Of a stretch of DNA of 64,000 nt, positions 27,201-39,880 are shown in pieces; positions within the stretch are counted from its first letter, which is position 1, and each line of letters begins with the position of its first letter. Source of the stretch: Octopus vulgaris (Eukaryota); the NCBI GenBank assembly GCA_951406725.2, contig OX597821.1, forward strand, positions 10,664,001-10,728,000, given 5' to 3'. Both the position numbers and the translations under genes were made by a program. Below the pieces are notes generated by a model, which saw only the letters and a program-made list of their open reading frames with translations, ran no database searches and was not told the DNA's origin.

Positions 27201-28249
27201 AACAACAAACATGATGAGGAAAAAATAGCAGTCGATTGTAAATAATGTAATTAATGTACATAAGTCCTCATCTCTTAAATATAGAACTGTATGTATGATT
27301 TAGTCAAAAGATGGAAGACAGCCTCATACCTTTTCACAGAGCCTCCGATACTGGAGACGTAATACGTGCGAATAATTGGAATGAGCGTCTTCTGCTAAAA
27401 GCAGCGAACGACTTGCTGCCGCTGATAAAACTCGAACACTAAATACAGTAAGTCTAGCAGCTTAGAAAGTATTGTATGTATGACATCAACTTCGTTATAT
27501 AACTGGAATTTATAGAAAACGATCAGCAGCATGGAATAAAATTTATTGAATTTTATTACTATTGTGTGCGTGACGTGTAACAGTGACAGGGTCTCGAAGC
27601 TGGTTTGTTAGTGCCACTGGGGGGACAAATGCGTGGTATAATCAAATTAATATTTTTCCAGCTGTCGACGATTATGAATTGGCACTCCAATATTTGACGT
27701 TTGCAAATGGGAGTTACTGAACTGAAAATCAAAACTTAGTTTACACTCTTTTATCAAACAAGACATTGCTACCGTTTCATGGTGGTCAGAGTTAAAACAA
27801 ATTAACTGTCGCCAAATATTGATAACTAGAATTAAGTACATAGAATATATAAATATATATATATATACACACACACACATACATACAAATTCGTTTGCAT
27901 GTGCGATTGAATGTGTACGTGTGTGCATGTACATATGTATATTAGATTTAAAACATGGTATAGTAATTTCTATTCATTATCATAATTTATGTAACCCGTG
28001 ATGGCATAAAATGAAATAGTTATCCTTTGTGATCTTTTTTATGCCTTTCAGTCCTGTGTGTAATGTGTTTCATAACTTCGATAAACAACGTCTGCACGGC
28101 TAATTAACCGCACATCTAATTAGTTTCGGCTCAGATGCCTAAAACCTTCTCCTTTTAGTCTAACTTTCTTCAATTATTGTTTTGAAATATATAATACAGA
28201 TAAAAGAAAATAGAATACACACATTAAATTAATAAACAAAATATTACTA

Positions 28250-28433
28250 TTATTTACATTTGACCTTGGTTCTCATTCCAAAGCTATTTTTCGATGTTAT
28301 TATTATTCTGGTCACTGCCTGGAATCGAACCCGGAATCTTGGGGTTAGTAGCCCGTGCTCTTAATCACTAAACTGCATGCCCGTCACATGGAAATAATGT
28401 ACATACTTCCTCATTTCTTAAATATAGAACTGT
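28250..28433 (-). mobile_element. 184-bp non-autonomous derivative of the PLE pseudo-LTR (inverted tRNA head plus sense tail)
   Basis: 28264-28383 is the reverse complement of 27029-27140; 28392-28433 matches 27240-27291; perfect 12-bp TSD AAAATATTACTA at 28238-28249 and 28434-28445. Confidence 0.88.
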
Positions 28434-31400
28434 AAAATATTACTAACATTTTTGAATTTAGAAAAAGAAATAAGCTCACATATAGCTTTTAAATATGAAA
28501 TTAATAACACAATAATTCAAGATTGTTAAAATCTATTTATATGTAATTTACATAATAATATATAAATTAAAGACATGGATATAATATTGTGGTGTGTAGA
28601 ACACGATAGTATCGGTTGATTTACATAATCAATAATTCGTTTCTGGTTATTCGATTAATAAAAAAACAAAAGTCGATGTTCACTCCGGTGGGTAATACAC
28701 AAAGATTTACTATTGCCCCAAAACAGGCTTTGTTTGCCTGTCACCTTAACTTTTATGATAATTCCTCAATACTGGTATGGCTTTTCTGTAGTAAATGTAA
28801 TTTATGACTAACGTATGACGATCTCTTTCTAACCACAGATCGTGCGCTGGAAATTTGTTGTTCACTTTTTCAACTTTATGAGCATAGCTGTATATTACAT
28901 ACTCTAGGAGTAGAGAGCTACAAAGTTCATGAAATAATTATATCTGATGTTGGGTTAATGTTAGCAAGTTAATGTTAGCAAGGTGAGGTGGCGAATTCCT
29001 TTGCAAGCACATCTACACAGAAATAATAAAATGTGTAGTTTATTTGAATGGTATTTAAACTAAGAAAATAATGAATCAACACTTTAATTTCATGAAGTAA
29101 TTGAAACAATGTATGGTATGTTTTACAGAAATCTGCTTCACAGCCTACTTATTCCTCTTGGTAGAAAAAAACCTATCTTTAAAAAACGTTTTCTTTATAA
29201 CATATAATTTTCACATATTTTCACATTTTTTCTGATACTTTTTTTCACAAGACTACACTTGAATATTGAATTGTCAGACACTTCATCATGGCAGTATATA
29301 ACTGATTAACGTTAGTTTTATATTTTCATCCACATGTCAACATATTTATGTCCTGTCAATTACGTTTATGTCAAAATTTAGCTGCAGTTGAATACTGGGA
29401 AGGAATACGTCTTATTCTGTATGTGTGTGTTGAAATGAGTGAAATCATGTCTTCAATGCATGTATCAGTTTAAATAATTGAAGTCAGTGTGTCATAATCC
29501 AGTGAAAATTTCTAACAATCATTATAATCTACTTCATCTTTAATAACGACCAGGAAATTCTACATCTGCAGAAGAATGTAACGATGGATTTTGTTTTCTG
29601 AAGAACTCTGCAGTTAATCCTTGGAACATGACAGCTTCAATAATCTGCATATAATTATAAGCCCTTTTTATTGGCACCATTCTTTTGCATTTTAAATTTG
29701 AGATCTATTCTGATCAATGCAAGGTAATCATTGGCCATATTGGATGGCATATTTATGGTAGAATGTAGTTCAACCATATCAGACATGTCTTGTTATATGT
29801 TTTACGTAGCTATTCACTGAATATACCTGAGTCTCCATCCATATATAAATTTCAAAACAAAAAAACAGTCATGCTTTGTGATATGCAAGACATTGTATAA
29901 AATTCTATTGCATACTTTAACAGGATTGTTCTTGTGTTAATGCTTATGAATATATCTGGCAAAGTAATTCGTAGTGAAAGCTGAATTGTTTCATTCAGAA
30001 ATGAAAAATTTACTGGAGTATGTTTGTAAATTTAAAGGTTGGTATTATATATGCTATTTATGTATCTATATTCAAATTCGATATTGTTATTTCACAATTA
30101 ATTTTTGTTTCGTGTGGCGTCTATCACAACTAAAATCTTTCATTCGAAATCCAAGTAATGTATACACTTGATATACGTAATGTGTTTACATGAACATGAA
30201 TGAATGTCTAGTGAGACTCCAATAATTTGATGAATAATTTGTCAATAAAAATCTAGCGAACAACAAATTCTTGTATTTGTTTGCTGAATTCCATACATAT
30301 AGAATAATATTATATAATCACAGTATGCAGGGCGTGGATTCATTAGATTAATAGCATTCCAGAAAAAAAAAGGGCCAGGAAGTGACGCCTAACACAACAT
30401 ATGTCTCGTGGGAATATATTTCACATTGGGCGTGTAATTGATTTCCGATATTCCTATCAATGCAGTTTAGCCTCTGTATTGTTACGATCTGGTCTCCAAC
30501 TGCTTGCGTATTTGTTGGATTATGCAAGAATTGAATGCATTGATTTGACGTATATTGCGTAATGTTCTTTGTGCATGTCCCAGTTCCAGTAAAACATTGC
30601 TGATCAATGGTGCGGGTTTATCTTTTGTGCATTAACTTCTCACGGGATATAAAGACGGAATATATATTCAACTATTCAATGCAACTCCCTACCGGATATA
30701 CACGGATAAACAGTATATGTGAGTTTGTGTGCATGAGTGTGTACAGAGAGTGAGAGAGAGAGAGACAGAAAAATATATAGATGAATATATAGATATGTAG
30801 ATAGATATATGAATATGTATATATGTGGGTGGATGGTTGACTATTTGAAGTAACTCGATAATAACAGACTACAAATAAGCATATACAGATATACATAGAG
30901 TGAGACAGGTTCGTGTTCTGTTAAAATATAATCAACAAGAAAGCATTGCATCCAGTGAGTCACAAATATTACTTAATGTATACAGTATAAAGATACGAAC
31001 TATTACTAGTTTCTTGCTCTGGAGACGCAAATTATGGCAGGTTTTAATACCACGCCTTGTGATTGCAAGCAACCCCAATCTCTGAGCACACAATTTATTC
31101 AATTTGCAAATTAAGTAGTTTGTACAAGACGGAACACGATAATAAAAGAGAGGACAGTAGATGAAAACAAGGGAATACAATAATATAAATGTGACGAAAG
31201 AAAATTATAGCTATGTTGCTTTGAGTATCAAGGTGTTAATCTAACACTGGAAGCAGGTGAACAATGTTTCGGTTAGAGTTATTCTTGAGGGTAGACCGTA
31301 TCATCGAAAACACTAGTTAGGGTGTGCATGTGTATATGAACGCTTTTCTGTATGTATATACACACAGATACGCACACACAAACACGTACACTCATACACA

Positions 31401-31487
31401 CATACATACACGTAAACCAAACACTCACATGTATACACATATAGGGGCTTAGTGTGCGATAGTATGCGTTTGTGTTTATACATATAT

Positions 31488-31534
<47 letters not shown>

Positions 31535-31612
31535 GATAGATAGAGAGAGAGAGAGATAGAGAGATAGATAGATTTATATATATATATTCATATATGTATA
31601 TATATATATATT

Positions 31613-31696
<84 letters not shown>

Positions 31697-32609
31697 TATA
31701 CACACACATATACACACACATATACACACACATATATATACATATATATGAGTGTGTTCATATACATGTACGTATTCATGTACGGACGTATGCATATATG
31801 CATGTATGTATGGTGCATGAAATTTAATAGTTGTATAACGTAGCGGAAAATTCCACCCAAGCCGCCATTAAGCTATTAAATTGTCACATGTTAATGCTTA
31901 TTACAGAAATTTAAACTAACTGCTGGGGAAATACCTAGTGATGTAAACGAATTTATATATGTACATGCACAGTATCATAAATCACAGGAACCTGTAAGCA
32001 TTATTTATCACTTGTAGACGAATGTTTGTCTAATCACAGCGCAATACACCACAATACATCACAAATATTAGAATATATTTCATCGCGTATACTATGATCT
32101 GAAATGAATTGATGAGTAACAGGCACCTTGAAGATATTCTTCTACAGCTTTAATCGATCAGAAGTGTAGCATCATCATCATCTACAACTACAGCAGCTAC
32201 TACTTAGATATATGACTTGTTGCAGTCTTCATATTCAATGCAATATATTAAGAGTTGATGACATGTTATCTTCTTTCTTTTTCAATGAAACCATACTTAG
32301 AGATAAGATGGGTCTAATTTTCATATGAGTAGCGTTTGAATGCTTGCAAGGAGACACAATAGATTGACGTGGCCAATCTTTTAAACCAATATTCATTTAT
32401 TTATTTAGCTATTCGTAATTCCATACATCAAAAATACTGTCTATAATAGGGTCTTTTCGGTGGAGCATATGAAACTAGAATTCATGTTTTGAGAAGTTAT
32501 GCGTTTTTCTGTCACCACCGCCAGTGATTGTTTCATATGTGTGTGTATATGTGAGTGTGTGGGTGTGTGTAAGTTTGTGTGTCTGTGTGTCTGTGTGTGT
32601 GTAAATCTT

Positions 32610-34070
32610 AAAATTTTTTCAGCTTCCAGGCTGCGGTGATGCTGGGCAACTACCGTTGACTGTGCTACACCATTATTTGAAACCGCCTGTGATATGTGGC
32701 ATTTAGTGAATGGGGGAATATGATGCCACTGCCCTCATCTGTGTTTCCTGCCTTGAGATAGGCTCATCTGGATCCCTTGAGAGGAGAATATATCATTTTG
32801 GAAACACCTACATCCACACCATGCAGGTTTCTCAGGCATTTTGGAAGGATATTGAAGAGCTGTGGGACCTTGAAACCCAAGATGTTGTAGTATTTGGTCC
32901 TGTATGTTGATGGAAATGCTGCGAACTTTAGCACTATGCAGTAACTCTCAGTGCCAAAATATGGAACAAGTCCTTTCAAGATTTTCCAGATATATAAATC
33001 ACTGCATATCTTTCCCACCTTCGTTCTTTCAGTCTTTCCCAGTACCAGATACATTGCATTGCGACGAATTTCTTTGTGTAGCTCCGTTGAACTACTTCGA
33101 TATACGCCGTTAATTTTATATTGTGTGGTAACCATAGTTGCGAGCGGCTGAAAACGTAAGTCCAAGCGGCTGAAAACGTAAGCCCTCCAATCATTATCTC
33201 GTTTTCTTTTGTCTTGAAAATTCAGAGTTTTCATCCAGCTAGTCCTCTGCATTTTATTAACAAATCGGTAGTATGCACTTGGAAAGATGAATCATTGTTT
33301 ATGTGAATGTGCAAGTCAAGTTCTGATTTTGATTCAGGGATTGTAATTCCTCGAGGGTTAGTGTAACCTATATGCTTGTTAAGTTTTGTGTGCTGGTAGC
33401 GCAGAGCTTGGAAATGTCCTGCATAAAACTGTATGTTGTTGTCTTCAGCCCAGCTGTATATGCGTCCAACTCTCGTTGCAGATGTTCAATATCTCCATGA
33501 TTTTGTATTGACTGAGAGACGTTTGTATCATGCGCACAGCTAGATATCTGAGCAGCTGAGGGCATTTCTGAGAGGGCCACGATAACAGTGGCCCTAAAAC
33601 AGTGCCATCTGGAACACCATTTAATCTTTGTGTTGCCTTAGACGTGGATCCATCGGCCATTGCAGCCTGACGACTATCATTTAGAAAGTGCTGCAGCTAC
33701 ACTCAAGTTTTCCGACTATGCTGAGATTACGTAGTTTGTGACACATCATACAATGATAGACTTTATGAAAGTTTTGGCAAAGTCCACATCCACACGAGAG
33801 TCATCCACACGAGCAGTCCATGCTGGGTATCAATCAGCAAGTCATTTTCTTTCTGACTGTTCGTTCCATAACTTTGCTGACGTATGAGGTGAGATTGATA
33901 ACCCTATAACTTTTAGCATCTGCTCTGCTACCTCTCATATCGATACGGCATATTATACCTGACTTCCCTGTTTCTGGGAGCTTACCACAACCAAGAAATC
34001 TCTGAAAAAGAAACCGCATTGGATTTGGAAGGTCTCGTTTGTACAATTTGAGAAGGACTGGTGAGAATCT
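32610..34070 (-). mobile_element. CR1/L2/Crack-type LINE relic, 5'-truncated
   Basis: Minus-strand frames give SRADAKSYRVINLTSYVSKVMERTV, VDFAKTF, NGVPDGTVLGPLL, CAHDT (YADD-equivalent), LQRELD and LFNILPKCLRNL; frameshifted. Confidence 0.88.
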
Positions 34071-34077
34071 ACTCTAA

Positions 34078-34535
34078 TGTTGATAAAGCACGATAACCAA
34101 CAAACCGGTCCACAAATATTATTTGGTCCTGGATGGGAGCGCTAAACTACCTGTTCGAAAATATCAGGACACATATATTGTGTCTTTAGCCAGCTGGAAA
34201 CAACAGTCGCAATCGACCCTTCCATTACAACCACATTATGTTTGGTAAATATCCTATACTTTGAAGAAGCGTTACTGGATATCTCTCTTTCAGAGATTTA
34301 GAAATAATAATACGTATATTTTATTAGATCTGTGGTTGTGTACGATTTGGAAAACTATATATTTACGAACGATGAATTCAGCAACGCCACCTAGACAATT
34401 AAATACCGTGTGTTGATAAAATGTAATAACCGATAAACTGGTCCACAGATTTTTTTTGTGTTGGATGGAGGTAGCTGGACTCCCTGTTCGAAAATATAAA
34501 GATTTAGATATTGTGTTTTATAGCCAGCTGGAAAC
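34078..34535. repeat. Diverged direct repeat, ~125-bp aligned blocks about 333 bp apart
   Basis: TGTTGATAAA...GGTCCACA...CCTGTTCGAAAATAT...ATATTGTGT...TAGCCAGCTGGAAAC at 34078-34201 and 34411-34535. Confidence 0.8.
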
Positions 34536-35114
34536 GATGTTTCCTGGAACTAAGCAACAATATCCATCGTCCCTTCCAGGACGGCCCCAGTATGTTTGCA
34601 AATAACCAACATTATAAGGACGAAATTGTCTAAAAATATAGTATATAGCCATATTATTATTATAAGAAAAGGTGGACAGAGAACTAAGAATATACTAAAA
34701 CATAATTTTGTCTTAGCTTTAGTTGACTGAAAAAGAAGGAAAAAGAAAATTGTACTTAACTTCAGCAATTCCTTCCGTTCGTAAGAGGAAAGTAAAATAA
34801 ACAAGACAAAACAAAACAAAAGTCCGATCTCCGTAGTTGCAAAATTTTAAGTTTCGGTCAACTACTTACGGTTTTGGAAATCATAATTTCGCAAAAAATG
34901 TAAGAATATGCAAGATATGCTTATACAGACGCAGCTAGCGTTCTTTTGTTTCTTTTATACATCCAAGTCAACACGTGGTTTTGACAAAACGTATTGAATA
35001 TCACTTGATATCTTCACGTCGGATAGATTGTATTTGTACCTGCGTATATTTGGACTGAAAGTGAAATATTATTTTTAAATATAGTTTACTAGTCGTACAT
35101 TATGTATATAAATA

Positions 35115-37440
35115 TAGTGATGAGAGTTACGACGACCCCTTTAGAGAGAGAGAGTGTGTGTGGGGGGGGGATCCAAATAAAATATAAATAGTGACCAACC
35201 GAATAGGTTGAGAGTTCGGAGTGGAGTGAAGTTCTTGTTAGCTCGAAGTGAAGTTGGAATGTGACGGCTGGTTATTTAACAAGGAATACTGATTTTTGGT
35301 ACAAAAGTGATTATTTTAGTTCGTTACATTGTTTTTACAGTTGTCTAGTTATCTTATGTATTTATTTAAGAAATAATTTACAACAACTAGCGACGAGAAT
35401 TTCGAAGCTCACACAGGCTACTTAATTTGTTCGCGACACAACTTGTTAAATTATGGAAGACTAATTAGCTCCGATAGTACAGTTGCAAAAGCAAAAACAA
35501 GAACAGCAACGGGTTTTGCAAAAACATCTATTATACCAACAACTACAACAACAACAATCATTGGAGCTATATTCAAAGACGTCTAAAAATGAGGTAAACT
35601 CGTTTTCGCCAGACGGCGTGTCGAACTCGATTAATGAAATTAATTATAACCCAGAGGAGGGTATAAGTTTTGCATCGTACTACAGAAGGTATGAGGAGAT
35701 TTTTAAGCAATATCGTAAATCATGGTAGGACGAACGAAGCTTGAGATTGTTATTGCAACAATAATTTCCGTTAGAGCATGAACATTACTGTAATGCCATA
35801 TTGCCCGAAACTCAATAAAATTTGTTTTAAACAAACAATAGAATTACTAACGTGGAGGCGCAATGGTCCAGTGGTTAGGGCAGCGGACTCGCGGTCATAG
35901 GATCGCGGTTTCGATTCCCAGACCGGACGTTGTGAGTGTTTATTGAGCGAAAACACCTAAAGCTCCACGAGGCTCCGGCAGGAGATGGTGGTGATCCCTG
36001 CTGTACTCTTTCACCACAGCTTTCTATCACTCTTACTTCCTGTTTCTGTTGTACTTGTATTTCAAAGGGCCGGCCTTGTCACTCTCTGTGTCACGCTGAA
36101 TATCCCCGAGAACTAGGTTAAGGGTACACGTGTCGGTGGAGTGCTCAGCCACTTACACGTTAATTTCACGAGCAGGCTGTTCCGTTGATTCGGATCAACC
36201 GGAAGCCTCGTAGTCGTAACCGACGGAGTGCTTCAATCCAGAATTACTAACATATTCGGTGATAAAATTTCTCTATTTAACACTCGAATGGAGTGTTGGA
36301 ATATAAGAGAATGATGATTTTATCACACAGGCAGAGAGAGTCAACTCTGAAAGTTTTAAAAGCAGAGAAGTTACACCTGAGATGATCCAGAGTCATATTT
36401 TCACACAAGACCTTACAGCAAGTGAAGATACAGAAATTCAGGTAAGAATTCTTTCTAAATTAGAACAAGCAAAACAAGTTCTAACCTTACCGTCTGTAGA
36501 AGAAACAAGATGTAGAAACATTTCAAGAAAAATGTTTTTCTCAAAAATGTAGAAAACCCGACCGGAAAGTACGACCAAAAAGGAGCACTACGATGCAGAC
36601 ATTTCAGCAAAGGCTGTTCACTTAAAAATTTAAAAGATGTTACAGCTGCAAAAGCAGTTGTTATAAGAGTTCACTTTGCAGAACAAAATTACGAAGTCCA
36701 GACGTTAAAAATCCTAGAGTACTCTCAGCAGAAAGAGAAAAACGACTTCTAAGTAAGAAGATTCTTACACGTAAAAATAAATGGAATACCTATTAAACTT
36801 CAATTCTATCCTGGAAGTGATATTTCAATAATAAATATGGACACATGAAAGAAAATAGGGAAAACTATATTAAGAAAAACAGCGAAATCTGCTCGTAGTG
36901 TGACGGGAGACAGATTACATTTCTTAGGCTAAACGTGGACTGTCATATTTCGAGCGCAAAAACATGCAAGGCGAAAGTAGTTGTCGTTAGGAAAGCAACC
37001 GATCCATTAGGTACCGATTGGTTAGAATTATTCGATTTATGGGAATCCCCATGAATCTCTATTGTAAAAACGTAAAGGGTTGTCTCTCTAAAAATAATTC
37101 GTCGGAAGAGTTAAAGAGAAATTTAAAAAAAAAGAACTTCCCGCAAGTAGTCTCGGACAAACTAGGTCTATAGACAATGACTGAAATCCCGTGGTGCAGG
37201 ATGCATATCGACCACGCTGGACCAGTGAGCGGCGCATACTATCAAATCGTTGTAGATAGCCAGAGGTATGCATATAAACTCGCAGCAAAGACAACAATGA
37301 AGTTCCTACACGAGTTATTTGCACGATACGGTGTTCCAGACACGTTAGTGTCAGAGAATGAGACATAATTCACGAGATATGAATCAAGAAATTCCTGCAA
37401 AATATAAACCGTAAAGCACATCTTTACCTCGCCACAATTT
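35115..37440 (+). mobile_element. Ty3/Gypsy LTR retrotransposon relic (putative 5' LTR, PBS, gag, protease, integrase; RT/RNase H deleted)
   Basis: PBS-like TAGCGACGAG near 35388; gag-like YNPEEGISFASYYRRYEEIF; protease INGIPIKLQFYPGSDISIIN; integrase PWCRMHIDHAGP...LFARYGVPDTLVSEN. LTR limits are uncertain. Confidence 0.85.
35852..36239 (+). mobile_element. tRNA(Arg)-like SINE family 2 (OR1/OR2-like), tail type A
   Basis: GTGGAGGCGCAATGGTCCAGTGG...GACTCGCGGTC...GTTTCGATTCCC head; 12-bp TSD AGAATTACTAAC (35840-35851, 36240-36251) interrupting gag. Confidence 0.93.
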
Positions 37441-37454
37441 CCGTTACCCATTTG

Positions 37455-37745
37455 TCGACCTTTTATGGTTTTAGGATCGGATACAAATGACTGCTGACAA
37501 TTTTCTGGCTAACTTGAAGTTCTGCCCATTCCGCTCACTTTCCTTCAACGCTCAGGTTTGCACTGCCAAATCATTAAAACCATTTCCGAGCTGACCATTC
37601 ACTGCTCATGTCTTCACTAGAGGCTTCGTTAACGTCATAAGCAGTTTCACCTGCTTTACCTCCTTATTTGATGTTGATTGCAGAATTGCTCGACTATCGA
37701 ACATTGACATTTCCATTACAGATTATTGTAACAATGCTGAAAAAC
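37455..37745 (-). mobile_element. Mariner deletion derivative, same family as 15230-15715
   Basis: Reverse complement matches 15240-15455, including GAGCGGA..G.GCAGAACTTCAAGTTAGCCAGAAAATTGTC. Confidence 0.85.
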
Positions 37746-38068
37746 ATAATCAATGTTAATTTATTGATGCAATTGGACAACACTATGTCTGTATTATCAA
37801 ATCGTCGTGGATAGCTATACAAATTTGCCAGAGGCATGCATATAAACTCGCAGCAAAGACAACAATGAATTTCCTACACGAGTAGGAACCTCTCAGGTTC
37901 ATAAATTGAACCTGAGAGGTTAGATTAGTATAATAGATAGAATGGAAAGAGTTCAAAACAGGCGGACTACGATTAACATATACATATATAGGTTTAGTTA
38001 AGATAAAATAAAAATTGCACAAACTGAAACATAAGTTAATATAATAGAGATACATAAATATATAGAAA

Positions 38069-39053
38069 CTAGCTTAAGGTGACCCGCTCTACGCGCGGGT
38101 AAGAGTGTGGTTGTTATTTTCTGTTGCATCCTTTCGGCACGTAAAAAGCAGCATCCGAACGTGGCCGATTGCAACGCCGCCTTGACTGGCTTCTGTGCCG
38201 GTGGCACGTAAAAAGCACCAACCGATTGCGGCCGCTGCCAGTGCCCCTCCCCCCGTGGCACCTCTGCCGGTGGCTCGAAAGAAGCACCCGCTACAATCAC
38301 GGAGTGGTTGGCGTTAGGAAGGGCATCCAGCTGTAGAAACACTGCCAGATCAGACTGGAGCCTGGTGCAGCCTCCTGGCTTCCCAGACCCCCGTCAAACC
38401 GTTCAACCCGTGCTAGCACGGAAAACGGACGTTAAACGATGATGATGATGATGATTATGATTCTCCCTCTTTGTTTCTCTCTCCTTTCACTCTCCCTTTC
38501 CCAGTCTTTCTCCCGGACTCTCCCTCGCTTTCTCTTACTCTCTATCTTTCTTTATCTATCTCTCTCCCATTTATAAACAACAAAAGATCTTGAGTAAGTT
38601 GAGAAAGAAAGTAGTTTGAAAGATCAATCATAAATATCAGGCAGTGACAACCGGAAAGGTCTGCTTCAAGGCAGAAAGCAAAACAGTAACATTTAAAAGG
38701 GACAGACGAACTTGCGAGCAGAATAAAAATAAAAAAATATTGGAAACCAAAGTTTGAAAGGATAGAATCTGAGGATGGTAGAGTCACCATGGCTGGCATT
38801 TCTTAACGACGGACAGTAACATAGTGGCAGTTTAACGGCTGGCGTAAAATTTTGAACTTGATGTAAAAGAAAATTCCTAAAAACCAAGCTTTGAAGTGAT
38901 TCTTTCTCACGACAGTAGACTCATCATGGTAAGCATTCAAAACTTCTTCATCATCGACAACAACACATTAACGATTTAAAGGCTAGCGCAAACGCATTAT
39001 ATATCTATATGTGTGTGTGTGTGTGTGTACGCATTATATATACAAATATATAC

Positions 39054-39098
<45 letters not shown>

Positions 39099-39880
39099 TA
39101 AATTAGAGATAAAACCACTATTAGGCAAATTAAACAGTGAAAAATATAACCCAAAACATAAAAATAAAAATATAATGTACAAAATCTATAAAATATAAAA
39201 TTTAGAAATTTAAATTATTTAAATTTAAAATTAAAATTAATAATTTATATTTATAATTTTTTTTAAACATATATAACTATCAAAAAATATTAAAAAGTTT
39301 AATATACATACATACAGATATATACACTTTGTATATATATACATTATTTATACATATTTATATATAGAACACACACACACATATATAAATTAACCCAATA
39401 AATATTTGATTCGTAATATTTGTTCGCATGATTGTGTGGTGATGATAATTCTCTCTATGAATGCAGACAGACGTAGAGAGAGAGTGGATGAAAGCGCTGT
39501 CGAAGGCGGGGTGGAGGGGGAGATTCAGGACGCCGTGACACGACGTCATAAAGAGAAAGTGAAGGTAAGGGAGATAGACGCCGTGAAACAACGTTATATA
39601 TAGAAAGTGATGGGAAGGGAGGAAAGAGAATGAGTAACGGAGGAAGACAGATACATAAAAGAATGAGAGTAGACTTGTCAAAGTGGGTTTTTTGCCCTAG
39701 CAACGACACCTTTTAAGATGGGAATTTCTAACCTAGCCTACTAACATTCTCACATCATTTTACATCTCCCTGTAAATTTTGGAGTCAATCCGACGGGATC
39801 TAGTGGCCTTTAAACCTTTCTAAATGCCAAAACCAGACAAACAAACAAACTTTTCGCATTTTAGATTTATAATATAGAGA
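38069..39880 (-). mobile_element. Non-autonomous Helitron with nested insertions
   Basis: Minus strand begins A|TCTCTATATT...(GTTT)n GTCTG and ends with hairpin ACCCGC/GCGGGT followed by CTAG|T; no TSD. Confidence 0.75.
38126..38456 (+). mobile_element. SINE family 3, 3' part with (GAT)n tail
   Basis: Internal GGCACGTAAAAAGCA repeats, GGTTGGCGTTAGGAAGGGCATCCAGCTGTAGAAAC, ending GGAAAACGGACGTTAAACGATGATGATG. Confidence 0.85.

Larger units (their letters stand above)
25215..27291 (+). mobile_element. Penelope-like element (RT plus deleted GIY-YIG), 5'-truncated, with 3' pseudo-LTR
   Basis: MYGLPVIHKDGIPFRTIVS, SSDVISLFTKVP, GISMGSLLSPIIANIYME, WLQYVDDTF, FLDV, LPYMKGLSERI and NCMYSIPCSC motifs. 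Short inverted terminal piece TTATTTACATTATTTACA at 25215-25232; degraded TSD TATGCATGCTTT (25205-25216) / TATGTATGATTT (27290-27301). Confidence 0.92.

Noticed and set aside
38140-38290. CRISPR-like spaced repeats (GGCACGTAAAAAGCA)
   Set aside because: These are internal repeats of a SINE in a eukaryotic genome; the spacers are related to each other and there are no cas genes.
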